Assembly (NCBI GenBank): GCA_964291495.2 | Contig: OZ219872.1 | Location: 800,001 to 864,000, forward strand | Source: Dehalococcoidia bacterium | GTDB taxonomy: Bacteria > Chloroflexota > Dehalococcoidia > UBA2979 | Direction of reading: 5' to 3' | Length of the DNA: 64,000 nt | Shown here: positions 8,556 to 18,573 of the stretch, in pieces | How positions within the stretch are numbered: the first letter of the stretch is position 1 | Layout of the letters: every line of letters starts with the position of its first letter | Position numbers and translations under genes: made by a program | Notes under the pieces: generated by a model | What the model saw: the letters and a program-made list of their open reading frames with translations, nothing else | The model's database searches: none | What the model was told of the DNA's origin: nothing

Positions 8556-9857
8556 GTGACGACAGAGCGCCGAGAACGACCCAGCACCTGGGGCAAGATC
8601 ACCGACGCGGAGATGGAGCGCATCGCCCAGCGCTTCGCCTCGTGGCGACCCGATGTGCCGTGGTGGCGCGACTGCACCCGCGACGCCTTCGAGCACTACG
8701 CGCTCGGCATCGGCAACGCCAACCCGCTCTTCCAGGACGAGGAGTACGCCGAGAACACGCGCTGGGGCGGGCTGGTCGCCCACCCGCTGTTCCTCGACTC
8801 GTTCGGCCGTCGCGCCGGACAGGGCGGTGGGGGCTTCCCCGGCGTGCACGCCACGCACGCCTCGCTGTTCTGGACGTTCTACAAGCCGGTCACGCTGGGC
8901 CTGCGCATCCAGATGAAGAGCTGCATGTGGGAGCACTACCTCGCGCCCAGCCGCTTCGCCGGCCGCATGCTGGACGTCGTCCGCCGCCACGCCTGGGTGG
9001 ACGAGGACGACGGCACGATGATCGCCAACAACTGGGGCCTCGTGAAGCGCTGGGAGCGCGACGCCGCACGCGGCCGCCGCGACACCGCCAGCCCGCACCG
9101 CGACTGGCGCCGCCACGTCTACACCGACGAGGAGCTGCAGCAGCTCTGGGAGGCCTACGACGCGATCGAGGTCCGCGGCGCCGAGCCGCGCTACTACGAG
9201 GACGTCGAGGTCGGCGACAAGGTCGGCCCCTACATCACGATGCCCTACGTGGGACGCGAGATCATCTCGTACTACATGGGCACCGGCGCGCCGTTCATGA
9301 TGTCCAACACCAACATGTACAACTACTTCAAGCGCCACCCCGGCGCGAACGTGCCGGACCCGGAGACGCAGACGCCGGACGTGCCCGAGCGCACCCACTA
9401 CGATCAGGAGTTCGCGCGCTTCGCCGGCTTCCCGGACATGTTCGACGTGCTCCAGCCGCGCAGCGGCTACGGCACCACGATGGTCACCAACTGGATGGGC
9501 GACGACGCCTTCCTGCGCGAGCTCTCGATGCTCGGCCGGCGCCCGGTCGCCTACGGTGACGTCTGCTGGATCCACGGCGAGGTCACCGAGAAGTTCCAGC
9601 GCGGCGACGAGAACCTCGTCAAGATCGTGATGGTCTACGACAGCCAGAAGTGGCGCGCCTCGTGGGGTCACGCCCTCGTCTCGCTGCCGTCGCGCGAGCG
9701 CGGCCCCGTCGTGCTGCCGGAGCCGGGCGTCGACCCGGAGACGGAGCCCTACGACAAGGAGAACCCCACGCCCGAGTACGCCAAGGAGATCCTCTACCAG
9801 CCGGAGCCGGACCTCCCGGACGCCGCCTTCATCAAGGACGAGGTCGGCGTCAGGTAG
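8556..9857 (+). CDS. Double hot-dog (MaoC/FAS1-like) acyl-CoA dehydratase
   Basis: AAGGAG SD then GTG. YALGIGNANPLF..EEYA..TRWGGLVAHP and RYYEDVEVGD hot-dog signatures. Confidence 0.75.
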   Translation: MTTERRERPSTWGKITDAEMERIAQRFASWRPDVPWWRDCTRDAFEHYALGIGNANPLFQDEEYAENTRWGGLVAHPLFLDSFGRRAGQGGGGFPGVHATHASLFWTFYKPVTLGLRIQMKSCMWEHYLAPSRFAGRMLDVVRRHAWVDEDDGTMIANNWGLVKRWERDAARGRRDTASPHRDWRRHVYTDEELQQLWEAYDAIEVRGAEPRYYEDVEVGDKVGPYITMPYVGREIISYYMGTGAPFMMSNTNMYNYFKRHPGANVPDPETQTPDVPERTHYDQEFARFAGFPDMFDVLQPRSGYGTTMVTNWMGDDAFLRELSMLGRRPVAYGDVCWIHGEVTEKFQRGDENLVKIVMVYDSQKWRASWGHALVSLPSRERGPVVLPEPGVDPETEPYDKENPTPEYAKEILYQPEPDLPDAAFIKDEVGVR

Positions 9858-9870
9858 CGCCAATCCGGCC

Positions 9871-9903
9871 CCCTCTCCCTGGGGAGAGGGCGGGGGTGAG
9901 GGG
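9871..9903. repeat. REP-like palindrome (CCCTCTCCC-n-GGGAGAGGG-CGGGGGTGAGGG family)
   Basis: One of about 25 copies in the window. Confidence 0.85.
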
Positions 9904-9971
9904 GACGACTCCCGCCCGCCCCCGAAGCAGCGAGGGCTCAACGCAACCACGGAAATCGGAAAGGGCGGCCC

Positions 9972-10865
9972 GTGGAGATCGCCCTCGGGCTGCCGCAGCT
10001 CGGCAGGCACGCGCGGCGCGAGCACGTCATCGAGGTCGCACAGGCCGCGGAGGAGGGCGGGTTCGACGCCCTCTCCGTGGCCGATCACGTGGTGATGCCG
10101 CGCGAGTTCGTCTCGGCGCACCCGGACCGGCCCGGCGGGCTGCCCGCCCGCTACCGGCCCGATCGCAACCTGCTCGAGCCGCTCACGCTGCTCGCCTTCG
10201 CGGCGTCCGTGACGTCGCGCATCCGGCTCGGCACGGCGGTGCTCGTGCTGCCGATGCGGCACCCGGTGCTGCACGCCAAGGTCCTCGCCTCGCTCGCCCA
10301 GCTCGCGGGGCCGGGCCGCGTCTACCTCGCCGCCGGCGTCGGCTGGGCGCGCGAGGAGTTCGAGGTGCTGTCGGCCCCCTGGCCGCGCCGCGGCCGGCGC
10401 GTCGAGGAGCAGGTCGCGCTGATGCGCGCCCTCTGGAGCGGTGAGCCGGTCGACCACCACGGCGAGTTCTACGAAGTCGACGGCTGGATCTCGCGGCCCG
10501 CGCCGCCCGCGCCGATCCCGGTCTGGCTGGGCGGCGCGAGCGAGGCCTCGTTCCGCCGCGCCGGGCGCATCGCCGACGGCTGGTTCGCCGGCATCTACCG
10601 CCTGCCGACCTACCGCGAGGACGCCGCCGCCGTGCGCCGCGCCGCCGAGGAGGCCGGACGCGACCCGGCCGAGCTGACCTTCGGTCTCGGCGGCATGCCG
10701 AACATCGCCCCGGGCGAGGAAGAGGCATGCGCGCGCGCCCTCCTCGAGGCCTCGAAGATCGGCGTGCAGCACGGCCGCATCGGCGTGGCCGCCGGCCCCG
10801 GCGAAGCCGCCGAGCTGATCGCCGCCTTCGCCGCCCGCTACCTCGACGATATCCACGCCGCCTGA
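9972..10865 (+). CDS. LLM-class (probably F420-dependent) oxidoreductase
   Basis: GFDALSVADHVVMP, IRLGTAVLVLP, PIPVWLGG, RAGRIADGW. Confidence 0.85.
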   Translation: MEIALGLPQLGRHARREHVIEVAQAAEEGGFDALSVADHVVMPREFVSAHPDRPGGLPARYRPDRNLLEPLTLLAFAASVTSRIRLGTAVLVLPMRHPVLHAKVLASLAQLAGPGRVYLAAGVGWAREEFEVLSAPWPRRGRRVEEQVALMRALWSGEPVDHHGEFYEVDGWISRPAPPAPIPVWLGGASEASFRRAGRIADGWFAGIYRLPTYREDAAAVRRAAEEAGRDPAELTFGLGGMPNIAPGEEEACARALLEASKIGVQHGRIGVAAGPGEAAELIAAFAARYLDDIHAA

Positions 10866-10923
10866 GGATGAGTTTCGGCTTTCTCCCGTAGCATTCGAGG
10901 CCGCGCGGGGATACATTCGTTGC

Positions 10924-12030
10924 ATGGCGGATGGCGGCGGACCCGGCGGGATGAAGCAGCTTGTCCTGCGCGAGCGCCATGAGGCGCTCGGCGCGCGCTT
11001 CGCTCCCTTCGCCGGCTGGGAGATGCCACTCCAGTACGGCGGCATCGTCGGCGAGCACGAGGCCGTCCGCGAGCGCGTCGGCGTCTTCGATGTGTCGCAC
11101 CTCGCGCGCGCCTGGGTGGAGGGGCCGCAGGCCGCCTCGCTGCTGCGTTCGGTGACCACCTTCGACGTGACCACGCTGCCCGTGGGCAAGGCGCACTACT
11201 CGCTCTACTGCAACGAGTCGGGCGGCATCGAGGACGACGTCTTCATCTACCACCTGCCCGGCGACCGCTGGCTGGTGATCCACAACGCCGCCAACGCCGA
11301 CACGGACTTCGAGCGCGTGCAGGCCGTCGCCGGCGACGCCGCCTCCGAGGTGACGCCCGAGACCGTGATGCTCGCCGTGCAGGGCCCCGACGCCGTCGCG
11401 CTGCTCTCAAGCGTCCTCGGCGAGGGCTTCCTGGCCCTCGAGGCGCGCGACTGCGCGGAGCTCGACTGGAACGGGACGCCCGTGCTCGTCGCCCGCACCG
11501 GCTACACCGGCGAGGACGGCGGCGAGTGCATCGTGGGCGCGGACCGGGCCGCGGACCTCTGGGACGCCCTCACCGCGGGCGGCGCGGCGCCCGCCGGCCT
11601 CGGCGCGCGCGACACGCTGCGCCTCGAGGCCGCGCTGCCGCTGCACGGCAATGACATCGACGAGACGACACACCCCTTCGAGGCCGGCCTCGGCTTCGCC
11701 GTGAGCCTCGACGACGAGGCGCCGTTCACCGGCCGCGAGGCGCTCGCCGCGCTCAAGGCGGAGCCGCGCACGCGGCGGCTCGCACACCTCGTGGCCCAGG
11801 AGCGCGGCGTGCTGCGCACGGGCTACGCGGTGCACGCGCCGGACGAGAGCGAGGCCGTCGCGAGGCTCACAAGCGGCGCCTTCAGCCCCAGCTTGCGAAT
11901 CGGCATCGGCATGGCCTACCTTCCCGTCCAGCTTGCGAGTCCCGGCGTCAGTCTCACGGTCGACGTGCGCGGACGCGCACTCCCCGTCGAGGTCGTACGA
12001 CGCCCGTTCTACCGGAAGCCGAGGCAGTGA
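10924..12030 (+). CDS. gcvT: Glycine cleavage system T protein
   Basis: FAGWEMPLQY, FDVSH, RTGYTGEDG, GLGARDTLRLEA. Alternative start at 10951. Confidence 0.95.
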   Translation: MADGGGPGGMKQLVLRERHEALGARFAPFAGWEMPLQYGGIVGEHEAVRERVGVFDVSHLARAWVEGPQAASLLRSVTTFDVTTLPVGKAHYSLYCNESGGIEDDVFIYHLPGDRWLVIHNAANADTDFERVQAVAGDAASEVTPETVMLAVQGPDAVALLSSVLGEGFLALEARDCAELDWNGTPVLVARTGYTGEDGGECIVGADRAADLWDALTAGGAAPAGLGARDTLRLEAALPLHGNDIDETTHPFEAGLGFAVSLDDEAPFTGREALAALKAEPRTRRLAHLVAQERGVLRTGYAVHAPDESEAVARLTSGAFSPSLRIGIGMAYLPVQLASPGVSLTVDVRGRALPVEVVRRPFYRKPRQ

Positions 12031-12425
12031 TGACGACGACCCCCGAAGACCTGAGCTACACGAGCGACCACGAGTGGCTGCGCCGCGACGAGCACAGCCC
12101 GGACGAGGCCGTGATCGGCATCACCGACTTCGCCCAGGACCAGCTCGGCGACGTCGTCTACCTCGATCTTCCCGCCGAGGGCGACGAGGTCAGCGCCGGC
12201 GAACGCTTCGGCGAGGTCGAGTCGGTGAAGACCGTCTCCGACCTCTACGCCCCGATCAGCGGCGAGGTGCTCGCCGCCAACGGGGAACTCGAAGAGCAGC
12301 CCGAGTTGGTCAACGACTCGCCCTACGACGAGGGCTGGCTGATCCGCGTGCGCATCGCGGACGAGTCCGAGCTCGACGATCTCCTCGACGCTGACGCGTA
12401 CCGCGCGCAGCTTCCGGCGAGCTGA
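12027..12425 (+). CDS. gcvH: Glycine cleavage system H protein
   Basis: GITDFAQDQLGDVVY and lipoyl motif VESVKTVSD. Confidence 0.97.
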   Translation: MMTTTPEDLSYTSDHEWLRRDEHSPDEAVIGITDFAQDQLGDVVYLDLPAEGDEVSAGERFGEVESVKTVSDLYAPISGEVLAANGELEEQPELVNDSPYDEGWLIRVRIADESELDDLLDADAYRAQLPAS

Positions 12426-12427
12426 CG

Positions 12428-13795
12428 TTGGCGTCCTCGTCGTTCGCGGGGTCGCCCCATCCGTACATCCCCGCCACCGCAGCCGATCGCGCGCGCATGC
12501 TCGAGCGCGTCGGCGTCGAGGACCTCGACGCGTTGTTCGCCGACCTCCCGGCCGCGTTCCGCGACCCGGCGATCGATCTGCCCTCGCAGCTGGCCGAGCC
12601 GGAGCTGATCGCGCTGCTCGACCAGCGCGCGGCCGAGAACGCCGACCCCGGGCGGCCGAACTTCCTCGGCGCGGGCGCCTACCGGCGCTCGATCCCCTCG
12701 ATCGCCGGCCACCTGACCTCGCGCTCGGAGTTCGTCACGGCCTATACGCCGTACCAGCCGGAGATCAGCCAGGGCACCCTGCAGACCGCCTTCGAGTACC
12801 AGTCCGTCGTCTGCGAGCTGACCGGCATGGACGTCTCCAACACCGGTCTCTACGACGTCGCCAGCGCCACCGCCGAGGCCTGCCTGCTGGCCGCGCGCGC
12901 CACGCGGCGCACGGCCGTCGCGCTGCTCGAACCGATCCACCCCGGAACCGCCGACGTGGTCCGCACCTACGCCTACGGCGCGGGCATCCGCGTCGACCTC
13001 GTGACCTCGGGTGACGAGACGACCGAGGAGCACGCCTGCCTCGTGGCGCAGCAGCCCGACTTCCTCGGCACGATCGCCGACCTCGGGCCGCTCGCCGAGG
13101 CTGCGCACGCCGCCGGAGCGCTGTTCGTGACCGTCGCCGACCCGTTCGCGCTCGGCCTGCTGCGCTCGCCCGGCGACGCCGGCGCCGACATCGTCACCGG
13201 CGAGGGGCGCGACCTCGCGGGTGCGCCGGCCTACGGAGGGCCCTCGGTCGGGCTGTTCGCCGCGCGGCAGCAGTACCTGCGGCAGATGCCGGGCCGCATC
13301 GTGGGCCGCACGAAGGAGCTGGAAGCCCCGCCCGACGGCGGCGAGCCGCGCACCGGCTACGTGCTGACGCTGCAGGCGCGCGAGCAGTTCATCCGCCGCG
13401 AGCGCGCCACCTCGAACATCTCGACGGCGCAGGCGCTGATCGCGCTCGCCTTCACCATCACCGTGCAGGCGCTCGGCCCGCGAGGCCTGCGCGAGGCGGC
13501 CGAGCTGTGCTACCAGCGCGCCCACGCGGCCGCCGCGCGCGTCGCCGCGCTCCCCGGCTTCGAGGTCCCCGAGCGCGGGCCCTGGTTCCAGGAATTCCTC
13601 GTGCGCGGCCCCATTCCCGCGGCGGAACTTGCCTCTGCGCTTGCCGCTCGTGGGATCGCGGCCGGCCTCGACGTCTCGGACCGCGCGGAGCCCGAGGCGC
13701 GCGACGCGCTGCTCTTCGCCGTCACCGAGGCGACGCCCGACGCGCACGTCGACGAGCTGATCGAGGCGCTGGCGGAGATCGGAGCGCAGGCATGA
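12428..13795 (+). CDS. gcvPA: Glycine dehydrogenase subunit 1
   Basis: AYTPYQPEISQG, LQAREQFIRRERATSNI. Confidence 0.95.
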   Translation: MASSSFAGSPHPYIPATAADRARMLERVGVEDLDALFADLPAAFRDPAIDLPSQLAEPELIALLDQRAAENADPGRPNFLGAGAYRRSIPSIAGHLTSRSEFVTAYTPYQPEISQGTLQTAFEYQSVVCELTGMDVSNTGLYDVASATAEACLLAARATRRTAVALLEPIHPGTADVVRTYAYGAGIRVDLVTSGDETTEEHACLVAQQPDFLGTIADLGPLAEAAHAAGALFVTVADPFALGLLRSPGDAGADIVTGEGRDLAGAPAYGGPSVGLFAARQQYLRQMPGRIVGRTKELEAPPDGGEPRTGYVLTLQAREQFIRRERATSNISTAQALIALAFTITVQALGPRGLREAAELCYQRAHAAAARVAALPGFEVPERGPWFQEFLVRGPIPAAELASALAARGIAAGLDVSDRAEPEARDALLFAVTEATPDAHVDELIEALAEIGAQA

Positions 13796-15279
13796 GTGCG
13801 CACCGGCCCCGCAGCGAGGACTTCGGCGAGCGCCTCAGCTTCGACCGCGGCACGCCCGGCCGCCGCGCCGTCGACGTGCCCTGGTGGGACGGAATGCGGA
13901 CGCCGCTGCCCGAAGCGCACCTGCTGCGCGACTCGGTGCGGCTGCCGGAGCTGAGCCAGGGCGGCCTCGTGCGCTACTACACGGCGCTCTCCGCGCGGAA
14001 CTACGGCATCGACTCCGGCACTTACCCGCTCGGCTCCTGCACGATGAAGTACAACCCGAAGGTGGACGACCTCGTGGCGTCGCTGCCGGGCTTCGCCGGT
14101 GCACATCCGCAGGCCGCCGAGGAGGACGCGCAGGGCACCCTGCGCACGCTGCTGGAGCTGCGCCGGGGCCTCGCCGAGATCACCGGACTGCCCGCCGTGA
14201 GCCTCGCCCCGGCCGCCGGCGCGCACGGCGAGCTGGCGGGCGTGCTGATGATCACGCGCGCCCTCGAGGATCGCGGCGAGCTGGAGACGCGGCGGCGCAT
14301 CCTCGTCCCGGACTCGGCGCACGGCACGAACCCGGCGACCGCCGCGATGGCGGGCTTCACCGTCACGCAGATCCCCACCGGCCCGGATGGCTCGCTCGAT
14401 CGCGCCACCATCGAGCGCGAGCTGGACGAGACCGTCGCGGCGATGATGGTCACCGTCCCGAACACGCTCGGGCTCTGGGAGAACGGCATCGAGGAGGTTG
14501 CGGAGCTGATCCACGAGGCGGGCGCCTACCTCTACGGCGACGGCGCGAACCTCAACGCGATCATGGGCCGCGTCCGCTACGGCGACCTCGGGTTCGACGT
14601 CGTGCACCTCAACCTGCACAAGAGCTTCAGCACGCCGCACGGCGGCGGCGGCCCCGGCGCGGGGCCCGTCTGCTGCAGCGAGGAGCTGGCCCCCTACCTG
14701 CCGACGCCCGTGCTCGAGGAGGACGAGGACGGCCTCGTGCGCCTCGTCGCGCCGGAGCGCAGCATCGGGCGGCTCCAGCAGTTCCACGGCAACGTCGGCG
14801 TGCTGATCCGCGCCTACGCCTACATGCGCGCGCTCGGCCTCGAGGGCCTGCGCGCGGTCTCCGGTCAGGCCGTGCTCAACGCCAACTACCTGCGCGTGCT
14901 GATGCACGGCCACTACGACCTGCCGTACGACCAGCCCGTGCTGCACGAGGTGGTCTTCTCCGGCACGCGCCAGCGTCGCGAGCACGGCGTGCGCACCTAC
15001 GACATCGCGAAGCGGCTGATCGACCACGGCTTCCACCCGCCGACGGTCTACTTCCCGCTGATCGTCGAAGAGGCGCTGATGATCGAGCCGACCGAGACCG
15101 AGCCGCCCGAGGCGATCGAGGCGCTCGCCGAGGCGATGATCGCGATCGCCGAGGAGTCGGCCGAGGACCCGGACACCCTGCACGGCGCGCCCTGGACGGC
15201 GCCGCTCGGTCGCCTCGATGAGGCGACCGCCGCCCGCCGCCCGGTGTTGCGCTGGCAAGGCGGCGAGGACGGGAAGTAG
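13792..15279 (+). CDS. gcvPB: Glycine dehydrogenase subunit 2
   Basis: YPLGSCTMKYNP, HLNLHKSFSTPHGGGGPG (PLP lysine); ATGA overlap with gcvPA. Confidence 0.95.
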   Translation: MSAHRPRSEDFGERLSFDRGTPGRRAVDVPWWDGMRTPLPEAHLLRDSVRLPELSQGGLVRYYTALSARNYGIDSGTYPLGSCTMKYNPKVDDLVASLPGFAGAHPQAAEEDAQGTLRTLLELRRGLAEITGLPAVSLAPAAGAHGELAGVLMITRALEDRGELETRRRILVPDSAHGTNPATAAMAGFTVTQIPTGPDGSLDRATIERELDETVAAMMVTVPNTLGLWENGIEEVAELIHEAGAYLYGDGANLNAIMGRVRYGDLGFDVVHLNLHKSFSTPHGGGGPGAGPVCCSEELAPYLPTPVLEEDEDGLVRLVAPERSIGRLQQFHGNVGVLIRAYAYMRALGLEGLRAVSGQAVLNANYLRVLMHGHYDLPYDQPVLHEVVFSGTRQRREHGVRTYDIAKRLIDHGFHPPTVYFPLIVEEALMIEPTETEPPEAIEALAEAMIAIAEESAEDPDTLHGAPWTAPLGRLDEATAARRPVLRWQGGEDGK

Positions 15280-15314
15280 CCTCCCCGGCAGGGACGGAGC
15301 AGAGAGGCGGCATC

Positions 15315-16721
15315 GTGGTCACGTCACGCAGCGAGGCACTGGCGGGAGTCTGGAACGCCCTCGGCGGCGACCCGGGCGACCTCGAGCACGTTCGTATCTC
15401 CAACGAGCAGCCGATGTACGCCTCGCACTTCGCGCTCGACAGCGCGGCGGCCGCGACGATCGGCGCCTCGGCGCTCGCGGCGGCGCGGGTCTGGCGCGAA
15501 CGCACGGGGCGCTGGCAGCAGGCGGAGATCGACGCGCGCCACGCCTCGGTCGCCTACCGCAGCGAGCGGCTGCTGCGCGCCGCCGGCAGGCCTGTCGGCG
15601 AGCAGTGGCATGACGTCTCCGGCTACTACCCCACCGCCGACGGCCGCTACATCCACCTGCACTGCAACTTCCCGCACTTCCGCGCCCGCACGCTGGAGGT
15701 ACTGGGCGCCGAGGAGAACCGCGACGACATCGCGCGCGCCTGCGCGCAGTGGAACGCCTTCGACCTCGAGGAGGCGGTGATCGCGGCGCGCTCCTGCGCC
15801 TTCATGCTGCGCAGCCGCGACGAGTGGCACGCGCACCCGCAAGGCGAGGCGCTGGCGACGCTCCCGCTGCTCACGATCACGCGACACGACGACGGCACGC
15901 CGCCCGAGCCGCTGCCCGAGGTCGACGCCTCCGAGGATCTGATGCCGCTCAGCGGCGTGCGCGTGCTGGATCTGACGCGCGTCATCGCGGGCCCGCTCTG
16001 CGGGCGCACCCTCGCCTCCTACGGCGCGGAGGTGCTGCGCGTCGGGGCGGAGCATTTGCCGCTCTCGCGGCGGCTCGCCGCCGACACCAGCTTCGGCAAG
16101 CGCTTCGCCTTCCTCGACCTGCGCGAGGAGGAAGGCCAGCAGCGCCTGCGTGAGCTGGCCTCGGAGGCCGGCGTCGTCGTGCAGGGCTATCGCCCCGGCA
16201 CGCTCGCCGGGCGCGGGTACGGCTTCGAGGCCGTCCGCGAGTGGCGGCCGGGCATCGTCTACCTCTCGCTCTCCGCCTGGTCCGAGGCCGGTCCGTGGTC
16301 GCACCGCCGCGGCTACGACAGCCTCGTGCAGACGGCCTCCGGCATCGCCCTCGAGGGCGGCCTGCGCGCCGGCGAGGAGGTGCGCCCGCTGCCGGCGCAG
16401 GCGCTCGATCACTCGGTCGGCTACCTCGCGGCTGCGGCGGTGATGACGGCGCTGGCGCGCCGCGCCCGCGAGGGCGGCAGCTACGAGATCCGCGTCTCGC
16501 TCGCACAGACCGGCCGCTGGTTCGACGCTCTCGGGCGCGTCGACGAGCCCGCCGAGCGGGACCCAGGCGTCGAGGACATCGCCGACCTCACCGCCCCGAT
16601 GGCGAGCGACTGGGGCGACCTCGTCTACCTGCGCCCGGCCGGCGTGCTCTCCGAGACGCCCCCACGCTGGACGAGCCCGCCGCCGCTCCCCGGCGCCGAC
16701 GAGGCGGCCTGGGCGGCGTAG
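15315..16721 (+). CDS. CaiB/BaiF family CoA-transferase-like protein
   Basis: PLSGVRVLDLTRVIAGP, QGYRPG, RRGYDSLVQ. Confidence 0.85.
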   Translation: MVTSRSEALAGVWNALGGDPGDLEHVRISNEQPMYASHFALDSAAAATIGASALAAARVWRERTGRWQQAEIDARHASVAYRSERLLRAAGRPVGEQWHDVSGYYPTADGRYIHLHCNFPHFRARTLEVLGAEENRDDIARACAQWNAFDLEEAVIAARSCAFMLRSRDEWHAHPQGEALATLPLLTITRHDDGTPPEPLPEVDASEDLMPLSGVRVLDLTRVIAGPLCGRTLASYGAEVLRVGAEHLPLSRRLAADTSFGKRFAFLDLREEEGQQRLRELASEAGVVVQGYRPGTLAGRGYGFEAVREWRPGIVYLSLSAWSEAGPWSHRRGYDSLVQTASGIALEGGLRAGEEVRPLPAQALDHSVGYLAAAAVMTALARRAREGGSYEIRVSLAQTGRWFDALGRVDEPAERDPGVEDIADLTAPMASDWGDLVYLRPAGVLSETPPRWTSPPPLPGADEAAWAA

Positions 16722-16727
16722 GCCACG

Positions 16728-18167
16728 TTGACCACGTCAGTCCTCGTCCTCGGCGCGAGCGGGTACGTCGGCACGCACTTGGTGCCGCGGCTGGTGGAGC
16801 GCGGCTACCGCGTGCGCGCCTCCTCGCGGCGGCGCGACGCGCTCGAGGCGCGCGGCTGGGACGGCGTCGAGATCGCCGAGGCGAACGCGCTCGACCTGGT
16901 CGCGCTGGAGCGCGTGCTCGAGGGCATCGAGGTCGCCTACTACCTCGTGCACTCAATGGCGGCCGGGCGCGACTTCGCCCGCCGCGACCGCGAGGCCGCG
17001 GATCGCTTCCGCGCTGCCGCGGAGCGCGCGGGGGTGCGACGCATCATCTACCTCGGCGGGCTGCAGCCGCCGCGCGCCGCCTCGCCGCACCTGCGCTCGC
17101 GTCTCGAGACCGGCGAGTACCTGCGAGCGGGCTCCGTGCCCGTCACCGAGCTGCGCGCCGGCATCGTCGTCGGCCCCGGCTCCGCCGCCTTCGAGGTGAT
17201 CCGCGACCTCGTCTATCACTTGCCGGTCATGGTCACGCCTCGCTGGGTGCGCTCGCGCAGCCAGCCGATCGCGCTCGACGACCTGATCGAGATCCTCGTG
17301 CGCCTGCCGGAGCACGAGGAGACGGCTGGACGGATCTTCGACGCCGTCGGGCCGGAGACGCTGACTTACGAGGAGCTGCTGCGGCAGTTCGCAGACGTGA
17401 TTGGCAAGGAGCTGCGGATCATCCCCGTGCCCGTGCTCAGCCCCGGGCTCTCCTCGTGGTGGCTGGACCTCGTCACCTCGGTCCCGGCGAGCGTGGCGCG
17501 TCCGCTGATCGACGGACTCAAGCACGACCTCGTCTCCGGGCGCCCGGACGAGCTGCGCGAGCTGATCCCGCACCAGCCACGCAGCTACGAGCAGGCGGTG
17601 CGCGCAGCCCTCGAGGCCGAGACGAGCGCGGCGGTGCCGATCCGCTGGACGGAGGGCGCCTTCCGCTTCCGCCAGGAGCGACACGACTTCTCGTACTACG
17701 GCAAGACGGCCCGCTACGCGGTGCGGAGCAGCGCGCCGCCCGAGGCGGCATGGGCGCAGATCGCCGCGATCGGTGGCGATCGCGGCTGGTACTACGCGAC
17801 CTCGTTGTGGCGGCTGCGGGGTCTGTTCGACCGGCTGCTGGGCGGCGTGGGGATGCGCCGCGGGCGACGCCATCCTCGGGAGCTGCGCGCGGGCGACCCG
17901 CTCGACTTCTGGCGCGTCGCGGCAGTGGAGCCGGGACGGCGGTTGACACTGGTGGCGGAGATGAAGCTGCCGGGCTCGGCCGTGCTCGAGCTCGCCGTCG
18001 CACCCCTCGAGGGCGGCGGGTCAGCGGTGCAGCTGCAGGCGCACTTTCACCCGGCGGGCGCCCTGGGGCTGCTCTACTGGTACGCGCTCTGGCCGATCCA
18101 CCGCGCCATCTTCGCCGGACTCCCGCGCGCCATCGCGCGCCGCGCCGAGGAGGCCGGCGGCAGCTAG
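16728..18167 (+). CDS. NAD(P)-binding SDR/epimerase with C-terminal DUF2867-like domain (YbjT-like)
   Basis: GASGYVG, AYYLVHSM, IGGDRGWYY, AEMKLPG. Confidence 0.85.
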   Translation: MTTSVLVLGASGYVGTHLVPRLVERGYRVRASSRRRDALEARGWDGVEIAEANALDLVALERVLEGIEVAYYLVHSMAAGRDFARRDREAADRFRAAAERAGVRRIIYLGGLQPPRAASPHLRSRLETGEYLRAGSVPVTELRAGIVVGPGSAAFEVIRDLVYHLPVMVTPRWVRSRSQPIALDDLIEILVRLPEHEETAGRIFDAVGPETLTYEELLRQFADVIGKELRIIPVPVLSPGLSSWWLDLVTSVPASVARPLIDGLKHDLVSGRPDELRELIPHQPRSYEQAVRAALEAETSAAVPIRWTEGAFRFRQERHDFSYYGKTARYAVRSSAPPEAAWAQIAAIGGDRGWYYATSLWRLRGLFDRLLGGVGMRRGRRHPRELRAGDPLDFWRVAAVEPGRRLTLVAEMKLPGSAVLELAVAPLEGGGSAVQLQAHFHPAGALGLLYWYALWPIHRAIFAGLPRAIARRAEEAGGS

Positions 18168-18169
18168 CC

Positions 18170-18572
18170 GGACCGGGGGCCTCGAGGCAGGCGCGCGTCC
18201 TTCGTGGGGGGGCTGCGCCCCCCACACGCCCATCCCGGACGAGCGGGCGCTGCGCGCCGCTCGGACCCGCCCACCCGCCCCGGATTTCTTCTTCATGTGG
18301 GGGGCTTCGCCCCCCACGCCCCCCTTGGCTCCGCCGCCATTCCGGCCCCCTCTCCCCTCGCGGGAGAGGGCGGGGGTGAGGGGGACTCCGGAGTTCCGGC
18401 CAGGCAAGAGCCTCCCGAGGCGAGCAGCAGCGGGGCGTGGGGGCGCAGCCCCACAAAGGGAGTCCGGTGTGGGCGGCCCTGAGGGCGTAACAACCGATCA
18501 AGCCGGGAGTCAGGCCGGCGAGCCCCCTCACCCCAACCCTCTCCCCCAGGAGAGGGGGCCGGATCCGGGGAC
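18170..18572. repeat. Mosaic intergenic repeat cluster
   Basis: Two REP-like palindromes and GGGGGC-n-GCCCCC hairpins; 18200-18323 matches the reverse complement of about 48490-48605. Confidence 0.8.
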
Positions 18573-18573
18573 G

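Noticed and set aside
10862-10923. Glycine riboswitch upstream of gcvT
   Set aside because: The gap is too short, and the GGAGA/CCGAA/TCAGG-like words are on the wrong strand.
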